Notes under the pieces: model-generated | Database searches by the model: none | What the model was told of the DNA's origin: nothing | Seen by the model: only the letters and a program-made list of their open reading frames with translations | DNA from: an uncultured Selenomonadales bacterium | Lineage (GTDB): Bacteria; Bacillota; Negativicutes; Selenomonadales; Selenomonadaceae | Length of the DNA stretch: 64,000 nucleotides | Assembly (NCBI GenBank): GCA_946536925.1 | Contig: CAMNFC010000001.1 | Span: 4,064 to 68,063 of the forward strand | Reading direction: 5' to 3' | Made by a program: the position numbers and the translations under genes | Shown here: piece after piece, positions 45,413 to 54,735 of the stretch | Layout: the number at the start of each line of letters is the position of its first letter | Position numbering within the stretch: the first letter of the stretch is position 1

Positions 45413-48262
45413 TCATTGCTTCTTGAGCTTGGAGCCGACGATTGCGTACGTTGAATCGTTGACGTGAAAAGTCGTGGCGGAAAAATCTTTGAGCGTGACG
45501 GAGCCGCCGTCGAAAGAAAATTTCACGGCGTCGTTCTTGTACGTGGCTTTGAAGTCGAGGCTGTCCAACGTGAGAGTGTCGTTGTCGTCGAAGCCGAAGA
45601 TGATATCTTTGCCCGAATCGCAAAAGAATTCGTCGGCCTGTTCACTGCCCCAGAGCGAATCATTTCCTGCGCCGCCGCTGACCGTCGTTTTCCTTCCAAA
45701 AACTTTAATCGTGTCGTTGCCCGCGCCGCCGTCGACAGAAAGATTTCCTCCGCGAGACGTGATAATATCTTTGCCGTCGCCGCCGCCAATCAACGCGCCG
45801 TGGTAATTGCCGGCCGCGAAATTAAATTCGTAACCGCTGCCGTCGACGACAACTTTTTTATCGAGTGTGCTTGCCTTCAACGTAATTATTTTGTCTGTGA
45901 CGGAAAGCCCGTTTCGAGATTTCACGCCCTCGACCGTCGCCAACGTCTTAACAGATTTTTTGGAATAGTTGATGGCGTTGTCTGCGAGCGTGTAGCCGGC
46001 CGTCGTCGTCTGCTTATAAGTTGCCGTCGATTCACTGAGGCTCCAGGCTTTTGAAGTCGAAGTTTTTGTGACGTCGGAGCCGAGCTTGAGGGTGTAGCCG
46101 TCGCTGATTGTAACTTCCTTCTTGTTCAGCGATGCATCCGAAACCGTGACAACTTTTTTCTTCAAGCTGAGCCCGTCGACAGATTTCACGCCCTCGATCG
46201 TCGCCAAAGTCTCGACAGATTTTTTGGAATAATTGATGGCGTTGTCTGCGAGCGTGTAGCCGGCCGTCGTCGTCTGCTTATAAGTTGCCGTCGATTCACT
46301 GAGGCTCCAGGCTTTTGAAGTCGAAGTTTTTGTGACGTCGGAGCCGAGCTTGAGGGTGTAGCCGTCGCTGATTGTAACTTCCTTCTTGTTCAGCGATGCA
46401 TCCGAAACCGTGACAACTTTTTTCTTCAAGCTGAGCCCGTCGACAGATTTCACGCCCTCGATCGTCGCCAAAGTCTCGACAGATTTTTTGGAATAATTGA
46501 TGGCGTTGTCTGCGAGCGTGTAGCCGGCCGTCGTCGTCTGCTTATAAGTTGCCGTCGATTCACTGAGGCTCCAGGCTTTTGAAGTCGAAGTTTTTGTGAC
46601 GTCGGAGCCGAGCTTGAGGGTGTAGCCGTCGCTGATTGTAACTTCCTTCTTGTTCAGCGATGCATCCGAAACCGTGACAACTTTTTTCTTCAAGCTGAGC
46701 CCGTCGACAGATTTCACGCCCTCGATCGTCGCCAAAGTCTCGACAGATTTTTTGGAATAATTGATGGCGTTGTCTGCGAGCGTGTAGCCGGCCGTCGTCG
46801 TCTGCTTATAAGTTGCCGTCGATTCACTGAGGCTCCAGGCTTTTGAAGTCGAAGTTTTTGTGACGTCGGAGCCGAGCTTGAGGGTGTAGCCGTCGCTGAT
46901 TGTAACTTCCTTCTTGTTCAGCGATGCATCCGAAACCGTGACAACTTTTTTCTTCAAGCTGAGCCCGTCGACAGATTTCACGCCCTCGACCGTCGCCAAC
47001 GTCTTCTCCAAAGTGTCGTAAGTTGCGGTGGAGCCGTTTAAGTTCCATTTAGGAATTTCTTCGCCATCGATGTTGACGGTTTCCAAATCAGCCGCGCCTT
47101 CCAAAGTTATCTTGCCGCTGCCGACCGTGACGATGATATTGTCGCCGACTTTTTCGGCGGAATATGTGCCGGTGCCGCCGCCGATTTGGAGCGTGTCGTC
47201 CTCACCGAAGCCGCGAATCAAATCGTTTCCGTCGCCGTTCTCATAAAGAGTGGTGGTCTCCAGGCCGTCGTTGTCAATGATGTCGTTGCCTTTGCCGCCG
47301 CGAATTGTGCTGTAACTTCCTGGGGCATAGGCCATGTCGATATAGAAATCGCCGGTGCTGACGTGGATGGTGTCGTTGCCGTCGCCCGCGTCGATGGATG
47401 CCTCTTTGCCCCAATCGAAGATTAAATCGTTGCCCGCGCCGCCGTTGATCGAACTGTAAGCACCGCCGTTGGCAATGGTGTCGTTGCCTCTGCCGCCAAG
47501 GATCGTGTGATACTCAACGCTAGTAGCGTCCTCGTGATAGATTAAATCATTGCCCGCGCCGCCGTCAGACAAAATCGCGTTACAACCTGGGGAAAAGGAA
47601 ATCGTATCATTGCCCGCGCCGCCGTCGATTGTCACGTTGGAGCTCCAGTTGTTGTAAATTTCGTCGTTGCCCGCGCCGCCGTCAATCAACATGTCCGAGG
47701 CGTAGGCTTGGATAGTGTCGTCACCCTCGCCTGCGTCGATTGTCACGTTCGAGCTCGAGTCGTGGGAATAAATCGTATCGTTGCCCGCGCCGGCGTTGAT
47801 CGAAACGTTGTCGCCGTAGTTTTCGATGGTGTCGTTTCCTTCACCGCCAAGGATTGTCACGTCGGGGGGACCACTCTTTGGATAGCCTGAACCACCATTC
47901 GCAATGTAGTCGTCGCCGGCTCCCGCGTCGATTGAGGCGTTGTCGCCGTTGTTTTTGACGGAGTCGTTGCCTGCGCCCCCGTTGATTGAAACTTGAGCGG
48001 CTTGATTGTCGATGTAATCATTACCTTTGCCCGCATCGATTGTAGATTTATCGCCCGCGCTGTAGTTGCGAATTTCGTCATTGCCTGTGCCGCCGACGAT
48101 TGAGGCGTTGTCGCCGTAGTTATAAATGTAATCTTTGCCTCCGGCGCCGTCGATTGTCACGTTGACAGGATTTTCCGCAGAATAGTATCCACCGTTTGTA
48201 ATGGTGTCGTTGTACGCGCTGCCGCTGACCAAAGTGTTTGACGTGTAGTTTGTGATATCCAT
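45413..48262 (-). CDS. Large secreted repeat protein: N-terminal GxGNDxI beta-helix/RTX-like repeats, 4.5 copies of an 88-aa module, and a C-terminal RTX-like tail
   Basis: 950 aa from the ATG at 48262 (GGAGA RBS 8 nt upstream). No signal peptide. About 18 GGAGND/GKGND repeats. Four identical 88-aa repeats. C-terminus GGAGNDTIK ... GGAGNDSLWG. Confidence 0.7.
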   Translation of the reverse strand: MDITNYTSNTLVSGSAYNDTITNGGYYSAENPVNVTIDGAGGKDYIYNYGDNASIVGGTGNDEIRNYSAGDKSTIDAGKGNDYIDNQAAQVSINGGAGNDSVKNNGDNASIDAGAGDDYIANGGSGYPKSGPPDVTILGGEGNDTIENYGDNVSINAGAGNDTIYSHDSSSNVTIDAGEGDDTIQAYASDMLIDGGAGNDEIYNNWSSNVTIDGGAGNDTISFSPGCNAILSDGGAGNDLIYHEDATSVEYHTILGGRGNDTIANGGAYSSINGGAGNDLIFDWGKEASIDAGDGNDTIHVSTGDFYIDMAYAPGSYSTIRGGKGNDIIDNDGLETTTLYENGDGNDLIRGFGEDDTLQIGGGTGTYSAEKVGDNIIVTVGSGKITLEGAADLETVNIDGEEIPKWNLNGSTATYDTLEKTLATVEGVKSVDGLSLKKKVVTVSDASLNKKEVTISDGYTLKLGSDVTKTSTSKAWSLSESTATYKQTTTAGYTLADNAINYSKKSVETLATIEGVKSVDGLSLKKKVVTVSDASLNKKEVTISDGYTLKLGSDVTKTSTSKAWSLSESTATYKQTTTAGYTLADNAINYSKKSVETLATIEGVKSVDGLSLKKKVVTVSDASLNKKEVTISDGYTLKLGSDVTKTSTSKAWSLSESTATYKQTTTAGYTLADNAINYSKKSVETLATIEGVKSVDGLSLKKKVVTVSDASLNKKEVTISDGYTLKLGSDVTKTSTSKAWSLSESTATYKQTTTAGYTLADNAINYSKKSVKTLATVEGVKSRNGLSVTDKIITLKASTLDKKVVVDGSGYEFNFAAGNYHGALIGGGDGKDIITSRGGNLSVDGGAGNDTIKVFGRKTTVSGGAGNDSLWGSEQADEFFCDSGKDIIFGFDDNDTLTLDSLDFKATYKNDAVKFSFDGGSVTLKDFSATTFHVNDSTYAIVGSKLKKQ
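45951..47006. repeat. Tandem repeat, 4 x 264 bp, essentially identical copies, inside the RTX-like CDS
   Basis: The anchor string ACAGATTTTTTGG recurs at 45951, 46215, 46479 and 46743, a period of 264. The translated copies are identical apart from about 1 substitution. Confidence 0.9.
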
Positions 48263-48304
48263 AAAAATCATCTCCTTCTTTAAAACGAAAAAACTTTTAC
48301 ATGT

Positions 48305-48334
48305 ATTATAATAATTGTTTTTTTTTTTTGTCAA
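48305..48334 (-). promoter_or_regulatory. Strong sigma70-type promoter for the second RTX-like gene
   Basis: On the minus strand this reads TTGACA, 18 nt (A11-rich), TATAAT. Confidence 0.5.
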
Positions 48335-48356
48335 TTGTCGGCCGAAAGTTTTTTTG

Positions 48357-48383
48357 CAAAAAAAAATCCCGCCGAAGCGGGGA
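48357..48383 (-). terminator. Rho-independent terminator of the hybrid kinase operon
   Basis: On the minus strand this reads CCCGC-TTCG-GCGGG followed by a T9-10 run. Confidence 0.65.
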
Positions 48384-48394
48384 GAAAAATTTTT

Positions 48395-51300
48395 TTAATC
48401 TTTGATCATGTTTTCCAGCGTCTCGAAGAGGACTTCCGGCTCGACGGGTTTGGACAGGTGCGCGTTGAGTCCGGCCTGCAAGCTGCGTTGGACGTCCTCG
48501 TCGAAGGCGTTGGCCGTGAGCGCGATTATCGGAATGGTTTTTGCGTCGGGGCGATCGAGCGCGCGGATTTTTTGCGTCGCGGTCAGCCCGTCCATCTCCG
48601 GCATGCGCATATCCATCAAAATTGCGGCGTAATAATTTTCGGGCGAGTTTTGGAATTTTTCCAGCGCGATTTTTCCGTTCTCGGCCAGCTCCGCTTCCAT
48701 TTCCCGCATTTGCAAAACCATCATCATAATTTCGGCGTTGACGGGCATATCTTCGGCCAGAAGAATTTTTTTGCCTTTGAGGTCGGCCTTAGTTTTGTTT
48801 TTGAGGACGTCAACTTTTTTCTTGCGCAGAGCGTTTTTAAATTCTTCGAGCAGACTGCCGGAAAAGAGCGGCTTGGCAATGAAGCTGTCGACGCCCGCAG
48901 CCAAAGCTTCGTCCATGATATCGTCCCAGTTGTAAGCCGTCAAAATTATAATCGCCGTCTCGTTGCCGATGATTTCCCGAATCCTGCGCGTGACTTCCAC
49001 GCCGTCCATTTCGGGCATGTGCCAATCGACGATGATTAAATTGTACGGCTCGCGGCGGGCGTGGCGGAGTTTGACGCGCTCGATTGCCTCTTTGCCGCTC
49101 ATTACGGTTTCGGCGGCGATGCCGGCTTTTTCCAAAACCAATTTTGCGTGGTCGCAGGCGATTGCGTCGTCGTCGATTATCAGCACGTTCAATTCTTGCG
49201 GCTTAATCTCTACGTCGTCAATCGTGTCGTTTTTGTCGGAGTTCATCAGCGTCACGGTCACGGTAAAGGTCGTGCCTTTGCCTTTTTCGCTGTCGACTTC
49301 AATTTTTCCGTTCATCATGTCGACGATACTTTTTGTTATCGCCATTCCCAGGCCGGAACTGCCGTATTTGCTCGTGTTGCCCGAATCTTCCTGACTGAAC
49401 GCTTCAAAAATCCTCGGCAGATAATCTTTACTCATGCCGATTCCCGTGTCTTTTATCGTGAACTTGAGCGTGGTTTTTTTGTCGAAGTCGGCGGTCTTCT
49501 CCACGATGAAATCGACTTTGCCTCCTTCGGGCGTGAACTTGACGGCGTTGCCCAAAATATTTATCAGAACTTGCCGCAACTTTATGCTGTCGCCGATGTA
49601 ATATTCGCCCAGATGCCCGTTGATGTGGCAGTTGTATTCGAGTTTCTTTTCGTTGCATTGTCCGCCAAAAATCGTGTTGATTTGCTCAATCAATTTCGGG
49701 AAAGAAAATTCTTCGTTGCGAACGACCATTCGCCCGCTCTCAATCCGGCTCATGTCGAGGATATCGTTTATCAGGCTGAGGAGATGTTGCGCGCTCGTCC
49801 CGATTTTTTCGAGATAACTTTTCGTCGCGGGGGAAATTCCCGGCTCGTGCAGCGCGAGACTTCCAAGCCCGATGATTGCGTTCATGGGCGTGCGAATTTC
49901 GTGGCTCATGGCGGAGAGGAAAACTGTTTTGGCTTTGCTGGCTTCTTCGGCGGTTTTGAGCGCGTCGCTGAGTGCCTGACTTTTCGACATGGACTCGCGC
50001 ATTTGGTCGTCGATATCCGTGATTCCGACGCCGATAACGTGATTTGAAATTTTGGTGCCGTCGTCCGCAATCCCGACGCTGGCCATGCGAATCATCTCGT
50101 AACTTTCTTTGCCGTTTCTGTTGGCCAAGTAGCGATACGTTATGACGGAAGAATTTTCCAGAGCCTCGCGAATCGAATCGGGCTTTATGAATTTCAAGAA
50201 GTCGCCGCGATATTCGCCCGTGACGTAAAGGTTTGCGTACTCGGTGAATCGTCTGCTGAACTTGAAGCCTTCGCCTTCGGAGAGCGCACCGTCCAATTCT
50301 TTGTCGCCGCGATAGCAAATGCCGGAGTCGTCGGCGAGATTAACATAGTAGACGCTGCGATAATCGTTCGACAGGGCGCGGATCATGTTGTCCTGCTGAG
50401 CTTTCTCCTGCTCCTGCGCCAGAAGTTCTTCCTGCAAAGCCAGCTGCTCTTCGAGTTCCTGTTGCTTGACGCGGTTTTCGGCGTCGGCGGTTTCTTTTTC
50501 CAAACGAGCTTTTGCGGTCTTGCGCAGTTGAGTTATCACGAGAACGAACATGGCGACCAAAGCAATGGCCGTGGCTGCCGAGTGCGCCAAACTTCTTTTG
50601 ATGATTCCGTCGGTTATGGAGCTGATTTGTTCGCTGATGACACTCTCGCGAATCAGATAAGTCAAAACCCAATCCGTGCCGTGGACGGGAACGTAATAGA
50701 GCGTCTCTTGCACGCCGTTGTAGCCGAAGGCCGCGAAACCTTTTATTCCGTTGTCAAAGTCGCGCTTCATCTTGTCGAGAGAATAGCCGTGTTCAAATTT
50801 TGCGTTGTCCATTGCGGAAAATAAATTTCTTGCGCCCGATCGCCCGCCCAAAACCATTCCCGTCAACGCCGCGCCGTCTTTGGTGTAAAGATTGCAAAAA
50901 GTCGTGTTGTTGCCCGTCGTTTGGAGCGAGACGGCCTCCAGCATTCGGTTGATGTCGATTTCCGCGAAACACGCCACCAAAGTTTTTCCCATGAACGGCA
51001 AATTGTCCGCGGGCATGGCGATAACGATTTTTTTCATCGCGCCGTCGAGATTCTTCAAAGAAATTTCCGTCTCCGATAAATTTTTGTAGTCGAAGGAGTA
51101 AAGGCCGATGTCGTTGCGGGTTCCGCGCGAAGTGTAAATCAAACCGTCCGAATCGACGAACGCAAATTTTTCCAGGCCGTAAAGTTGTTTCATGCGCACC
51201 TGATAAGCTTGCAATTTTTCCACGCTGCTCAAGTCGTCCTTGGTCATCAAGCCCATTGCGATATCCATATCGTTCATGTAGTCGTTCAATTTCCCGGCAA

Positions 51301-51481
51301 CGACCTGTTCGCGGCGGCCGGCCAGCTCGTCGAGATATAAAAGGCTGACCGTGCGCACGGCCTCTTCGTTGTCTTTGTTCACGGAACTTCCCATCCAAAA
51401 AGTCCCGACGATGAGAATCACCACGACGATGAGCGCACCGATTATGATTTCCTTCATGATATTTTTTTGCTCGTGTTCCAT
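48395..51481 (-). CDS. Hybrid sensor histidine kinase with two receiver domains
   Basis: TM, ~270-aa periplasmic domain, TM, coiled coil, HisKA (SHEIRTPMNAI), HATPase (GSSGLGMAI) and two REC domains (IIDDD ... DWHMPEMDG and LAEDMPVN ... DMRMPEMDG). The ATG at 51481 follows GAAGGTG. Confidence 0.9.
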   Translation of the reverse strand: MEHEQKNIMKEIIIGALIVVVILIVGTFWMGSSVNKDNEEAVRTVSLLYLDELAGRREQVVAGKLNDYMNDMDIAMGLMTKDDLSSVEKLQAYQVRMKQLYGLEKFAFVDSDGLIYTSRGTRNDIGLYSFDYKNLSETEISLKNLDGAMKKIVIAMPADNLPFMGKTLVACFAEIDINRMLEAVSLQTTGNNTTFCNLYTKDGAALTGMVLGGRSGARNLFSAMDNAKFEHGYSLDKMKRDFDNGIKGFAAFGYNGVQETLYYVPVHGTDWVLTYLIRESVISEQISSITDGIIKRSLAHSAATAIALVAMFVLVITQLRKTAKARLEKETADAENRVKQQELEEQLALQEELLAQEQEKAQQDNMIRALSNDYRSVYYVNLADDSGICYRGDKELDGALSEGEGFKFSRRFTEYANLYVTGEYRGDFLKFIKPDSIREALENSSVITYRYLANRNGKESYEMIRMASVGIADDGTKISNHVIGVGITDIDDQMRESMSKSQALSDALKTAEEASKAKTVFLSAMSHEIRTPMNAIIGLGSLALHEPGISPATKSYLEKIGTSAQHLLSLINDILDMSRIESGRMVVRNEEFSFPKLIEQINTIFGGQCNEKKLEYNCHINGHLGEYYIGDSIKLRQVLINILGNAVKFTPEGGKVDFIVEKTADFDKKTTLKFTIKDTGIGMSKDYLPRIFEAFSQEDSGNTSKYGSSGLGMAITKSIVDMMNGKIEVDSEKGKGTTFTVTVTLMNSDKNDTIDDVEIKPQELNVLIIDDDAIACDHAKLVLEKAGIAAETVMSGKEAIERVKLRHARREPYNLIIVDWHMPEMDGVEVTRRIREIIGNETAIIILTAYNWDDIMDEALAAGVDSFIAKPLFSGSLLEEFKNALRKKKVDVLKNKTKADLKGKKILLAEDMPVNAEIMMMVLQMREMEAELAENGKIALEKFQNSPENYYAAILMDMRMPEMDGLTATQKIRALDRPDAKTIPIIALTANAFDEDVQRSLQAGLNAHLSKPVEPEVLFETLENMIKD

Positions 51482-51504
51482 TTCTGTCACCTTCGCGCCC
51501 GAAA

Positions 51505-52533
51505 TTATTTAAGCTCGGCTCGAATCACGAAGACAATTTCGCCGTCGTCGCGCTCCGAGGTTTTTTCAAGTTGCGCTGATTGTACTACAGAATTCCTCAC
51601 GCGGGCAAGGTAATTTCTAACGGCGTCGGGTTTTCCAGCCACGCCTTCGATCTCCAAAAAATTTTCTTCGGCGCGAATCTTCGTCAGGCGCACGTCGCCT
51701 TCAGAAATTTTTCCGAGATTGATCAGGAAGTTGAAATTTTTTTCGGGGTCGAGCTGCGCGGCGGTTGCGAAAATTTTTTTCAGCTCTTCCGTGTCCGCGT
51801 CGAGATTTTTTTTCGCGTCGAGGTCTTCGCGGATTTTTTCGACGGAAATTTTTGCCGCGTCCAAATTTTTTTCGGCCGAGTGCAAATCCCAAAAAGTTTT
51901 CGCCGAAAAGAAAATCATCCCGATAAAAAAAATCGCCGCGACCGCCGCAGGAATTTTTTCCAAATTCCAAACGCCGCCCGTCGACGATAAAAGATTCGGG
52001 GATTTTTTTTCGCGCACGATTTCACAGATGAATTGCGCCCGCTCGAACGGAAAAATTTTCGCGAGCAAATCGACCGGCATGACCGACAACGCCCGCAAAT
52101 TTATTCCAAATTTTTTGAATGCTGCAACGAATTCTCTGACCTTCTCGCGCGGCAAAGTTTCCATCCAAAGTCCGGCGGCGTTCGTGGCGAAAGAAAATTT
52201 TGCGTCCGCACCGGCCTGAGCCATCGCCCAACTTTTCACGAGTGCCGCGAATTCTTTTTCGGGGACGTTGGCCGCGTCGCTTTGAAAAGTCACGGCGTCT
52301 TCTTCGCGCAAACAAAATCCGACCGCCGAAGTTTTCCAATTTTTCTTCGCACAGACGAGAGAAATTTTTTCGGCGAGGTGTTCGGGCTCGGCGTCGTCCG
52401 CTTCGACTTCAGCCTGCTCGAAATTTTCCGTCAGCCGCACGAGAAAAATTTTTCCGCCGTCAAAATATGCTCCGACGATCTCGCCCGTTTCCGCACTAAA
52501 AAATTTTTTCAGCCGAGCAAAAAGTTTTTTCAT
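51505..52533 (-). CDS. Bitopic membrane protein, PilM-N/GspL-like architecture (hypothetical)
   Basis: ~190-aa cytoplasmic domain, one TM segment (AAVAAIFFIGMIFFSA), a coiled coil and a ~90-aa C-terminal alpha/beta domain. Assignment rests on architecture only. Confidence 0.35.
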   Translation of the reverse strand: MKKLFARLKKFFSAETGEIVGAYFDGGKIFLVRLTENFEQAEVEADDAEPEHLAEKISLVCAKKNWKTSAVGFCLREEDAVTFQSDAANVPEKEFAALVKSWAMAQAGADAKFSFATNAAGLWMETLPREKVREFVAAFKKFGINLRALSVMPVDLLAKIFPFERAQFICEIVREKKSPNLLSSTGGVWNLEKIPAAVAAIFFIGMIFFSAKTFWDLHSAEKNLDAAKISVEKIREDLDAKKNLDADTEELKKIFATAAQLDPEKNFNFLINLGKISEGDVRLTKIRAEENFLEIEGVAGKPDAVRNYLARVRNSVVQSAQLEKTSERDDGEIVFVIRAELK

Positions 52534-53015
52534 CGCAACACCAAATTTGCGACCGTCGCGTCCACGGCCGTGACCAAATCTTTCGGCGCAAGGACGAGTT
52601 GCATTCCGCGTTGACCCGCGCTTATCGAAATTTTTTCAAGCGTCAAGGCTCTTTCGTCCAGGAAGACGGGAAAATTTTTTTTCGCGCCCAAAGGAGAACA
52701 GCCGCCGCGAACGTAGCCCGTCAAAGGCAAAAGTTCTTTGAGCGCGACGAGTTCGACGGATTTGTTGCCGCTGGCCTTGGCCAAAGCTTTCAAGTCCAGT
52801 TCGTCGCCGCCGCCGATGACCGCCATAATCACGCCCGTTTTGTCGCCGCGCGCCGTCAACGTCTTGAAAATCATTTTGATGTCGAGCCCGGAAATTTTCG
52901 CGACGTGCACGGCCGACAGATCGTTTTCGTCCACCGCATAAGTTTTTATCTCGTAAAAAATTCCAAGGCCGTCGAGGATTCGGGCGGCGTTCGTCTTCTT
53001 GATTTTTTTCGCCAT
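52530..53015 (-). CDS. ybaK: Cys-tRNA(Pro)/Cys-tRNA(Cys) deacylase
   Basis: TNAARILD ... KTL ... GYVRGGCSPLG is the YbaK/EbsC signature. Confidence 0.85.
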   Translation of the reverse strand: MAKKIKKTNAARILDGLGIFYEIKTYAVDENDLSAVHVAKISGLDIKMIFKTLTARGDKTGVIMAVIGGGDELDLKALAKASGNKSVELVALKELLPLTGYVRGGCSPLGAKKNFPVFLDERALTLEKISISAGQRGMQLVLAPKDLVTAVDATVANLVLR

Positions 53016-53024
53016 AAAGTTCCC

Positions 53025-53330
53025 TCACTGAAAAAATTTTCCAAAAATATTTTCGGGATTGAAAAGGAGCAGGCCGATTAAAATTATTTGCACGAAGAGG
53101 AGCAGCGGCACGCCGAATTTAAATTTCAAGTGCAACGTCTTGTGTCGACAAATTTCCATGGCCAAGCCCGCACCGAGAGCCCCGCCTATCGCCGACCAAA
53201 ACAAAAGAGTGCTCTCGCGGACGCGCCACCTGTCGTGCGTCGCGCAATATTTGTCCCAGGCGAAAAGCGCAAAGGTTATGACGTTGACGGAGAGCAAATA
53301 AATTCCCGCGAACAAAAATTTTTCGTGCAA
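53025..53330 (-). CDS. DUF1294 family small membrane protein
   Basis: FALFAWDKYCA ... RVRESTLL ... GGALGAGLAM ... RHKT pattern. Confidence 0.7.
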   Translation of the reverse strand: MHEKFLFAGIYLLSVNVITFALFAWDKYCATHDRWRVRESTLLFWSAIGGALGAGLAMEICRHKTLHLKFKFGVPLLLFVQIILIGLLLFNPENIFGKFFQ

Positions 53331-53421
53331 AAAAATTCTCCTTCCGCCGCAAAATTTTTACCAGAATATATAGAGAAAAATTTTTTGTGTCAAGCGTGCG
53401 TCGAGAGGCTTTAAAAAAATC

Positions 53422-53450
53422 TTGACGTTTCGCCGGCCATAAAATATACT
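53422..53450 (+). promoter_or_regulatory. sigma70-type promoter of the liv operon
   Basis: TTGACG, 17 nt, TATACT, about 45 nt upstream of the livJ start. Confidence 0.5.
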
Positions 53451-53495
53451 TTCGAAAAGTTTTTAACGCAAAAATTTTTTTGGAGGTCGAGAGAA

Positions 53496-54698
53496 TTGTT
53501 CTTCTTTAAAAAGAAATTCAAATTGGCGTCGATGCTCGCTTGCGGAATTTTGGCGGGCGCACTGTTCACGGGTTGCGGCGGAGGAGATTCTGCCAAGACT
53601 GACAGCGGCAGCAACAAAGCTGCGGGCGACGAGATCGTCATCGGCGCGAACTTCGAGCTGACGGGCAACCACGCTCAATACGGCGCGAACGCCAACAACG
53701 GTCTCAAGCTCGCGGTCAAAGAGGCAAACGACGCCGGCGGCATCAACGGCAAAAAAATTAAAATCGTCGAGGCCGACGCAAAATCCGAAGCAGCCGAATC
53801 CGTCAACGCCGCGACCAAATTAATTTCCGACGATAAAGTCATCGCCATCGTCGGGCCCGCAGTCACCGCAAACGTCATCGCCGAATCTCAAGTGGCCACG
53901 GACAACGGAATACCCGTCATCGGGCCGGCCGCGACCAATCCCGACGTCACAGTCGAAAACGGAAATGTCAAACCGTTCATCTTCCGCGCCTGCTTCATCG
54001 ACCCGCAACAAAGCGAAGTCATGGCTCAGTTTGCAGCAAAAGATTTGAACGCGAAAACCGCCGTGCTCTATCTCGATTCCAGCTCCGATTATTCAAAGAG
54101 CCTCGGAAAAATTTTCAAGGAAAAATTTGAGGCTGACGGCGGCAAAGTCGTAATGGAAGAAGCGTTCCTTGCTAAAGACCAAGACTTCAAGGCCGCGCTG
54201 ACAAAAATTCAAACCGCAAACGCCGACGTAATTTTCGTCCCCGCGTATTATGAAGAAGTCGGAAAGATCATCAAGCAGGCGCGCGAGCTGGGCATAACTT
54301 CCGCAATCCTTGGCACCGACGGCTGGGACGACAGCAAAGTCGTTGACATCGCCGGCAAAGACGCCCTCAACAACACTTACTTCTGCACGCACTACTTTGA
54401 AGGCGACGCCGAAGTTCAAAACTTTATCAACGCTTACAAAAAAGAATACAACACCGACCCGAACGTCTTTGCGGCTCTGGGCTATGACGCGGGCAAAATG
54501 CTCATCAACGCTCTGGAACGCGGCGGCGACGACTCCAAAAAAATTCGCGACAACATCGAGAGCATAAAAGATCTTCCCGTCGGCACTGGCAAAATCACAA
54601 TGGACGCGGCCACCCACAACCCGATTAAAGGCATCGTCGTCATCGAGACCAAAGACGGCGTTCGCTCGCTCCGCACAAAGATCGCTCCCGAAGGCTGA
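53496..54698 (+). CDS. livJ: Branched-chain amino acid ABC transporter substrate-binding lipoprotein
   Basis: Lipobox LFTGC. Type-I periplasmic binding fold (IVIGANFELTG ... AIVGP ... FVPAYY). The TTG start lies 9 nt after GGAGG. Confidence 0.85.
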   Translation: MFFFKKKFKLASMLACGILAGALFTGCGGGDSAKTDSGSNKAAGDEIVIGANFELTGNHAQYGANANNGLKLAVKEANDAGGINGKKIKIVEADAKSEAAESVNAATKLISDDKVIAIVGPAVTANVIAESQVATDNGIPVIGPAATNPDVTVENGNVKPFIFRACFIDPQQSEVMAQFAAKDLNAKTAVLYLDSSSDYSKSLGKIFKEKFEADGGKVVMEEAFLAKDQDFKAALTKIQTANADVIFVPAYYEEVGKIIKQARELGITSAILGTDGWDDSKVVDIAGKDALNNTYFCTHYFEGDAEVQNFINAYKKEYNTDPNVFAALGYDAGKMLINALERGGDDSKKIRDNIESIKDLPVGTGKITMDAATHNPIKGIVVIETKDGVRSLRTKIAPEG

Positions 54699-54735
54699 AA
54701 AATTTTTTCCAACTTGAACGGAAGAGGTGAGGCAC

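Noticed and set aside
45951-47006. Regular 264-bp repeats considered as a CRISPR-like or satellite array
   Set aside because: There are no spacers. The repeats are in-frame coding units of 88 aa inside a continuous ORF, so this is a protein tandem repeat.
45357-48390. Similar terminators (GCAAAAAAAAATCCCGCCG...) on both sides of the second RTX-like gene, considered as insertion scars or a target duplication
   Set aside because: Identity is limited to the A-run and the first stem arm; the loops and 3' arms differ. The same A-run/GC-stem/AAAATTTT design is used by other terminators in the window, so this is probably just the local terminator style.
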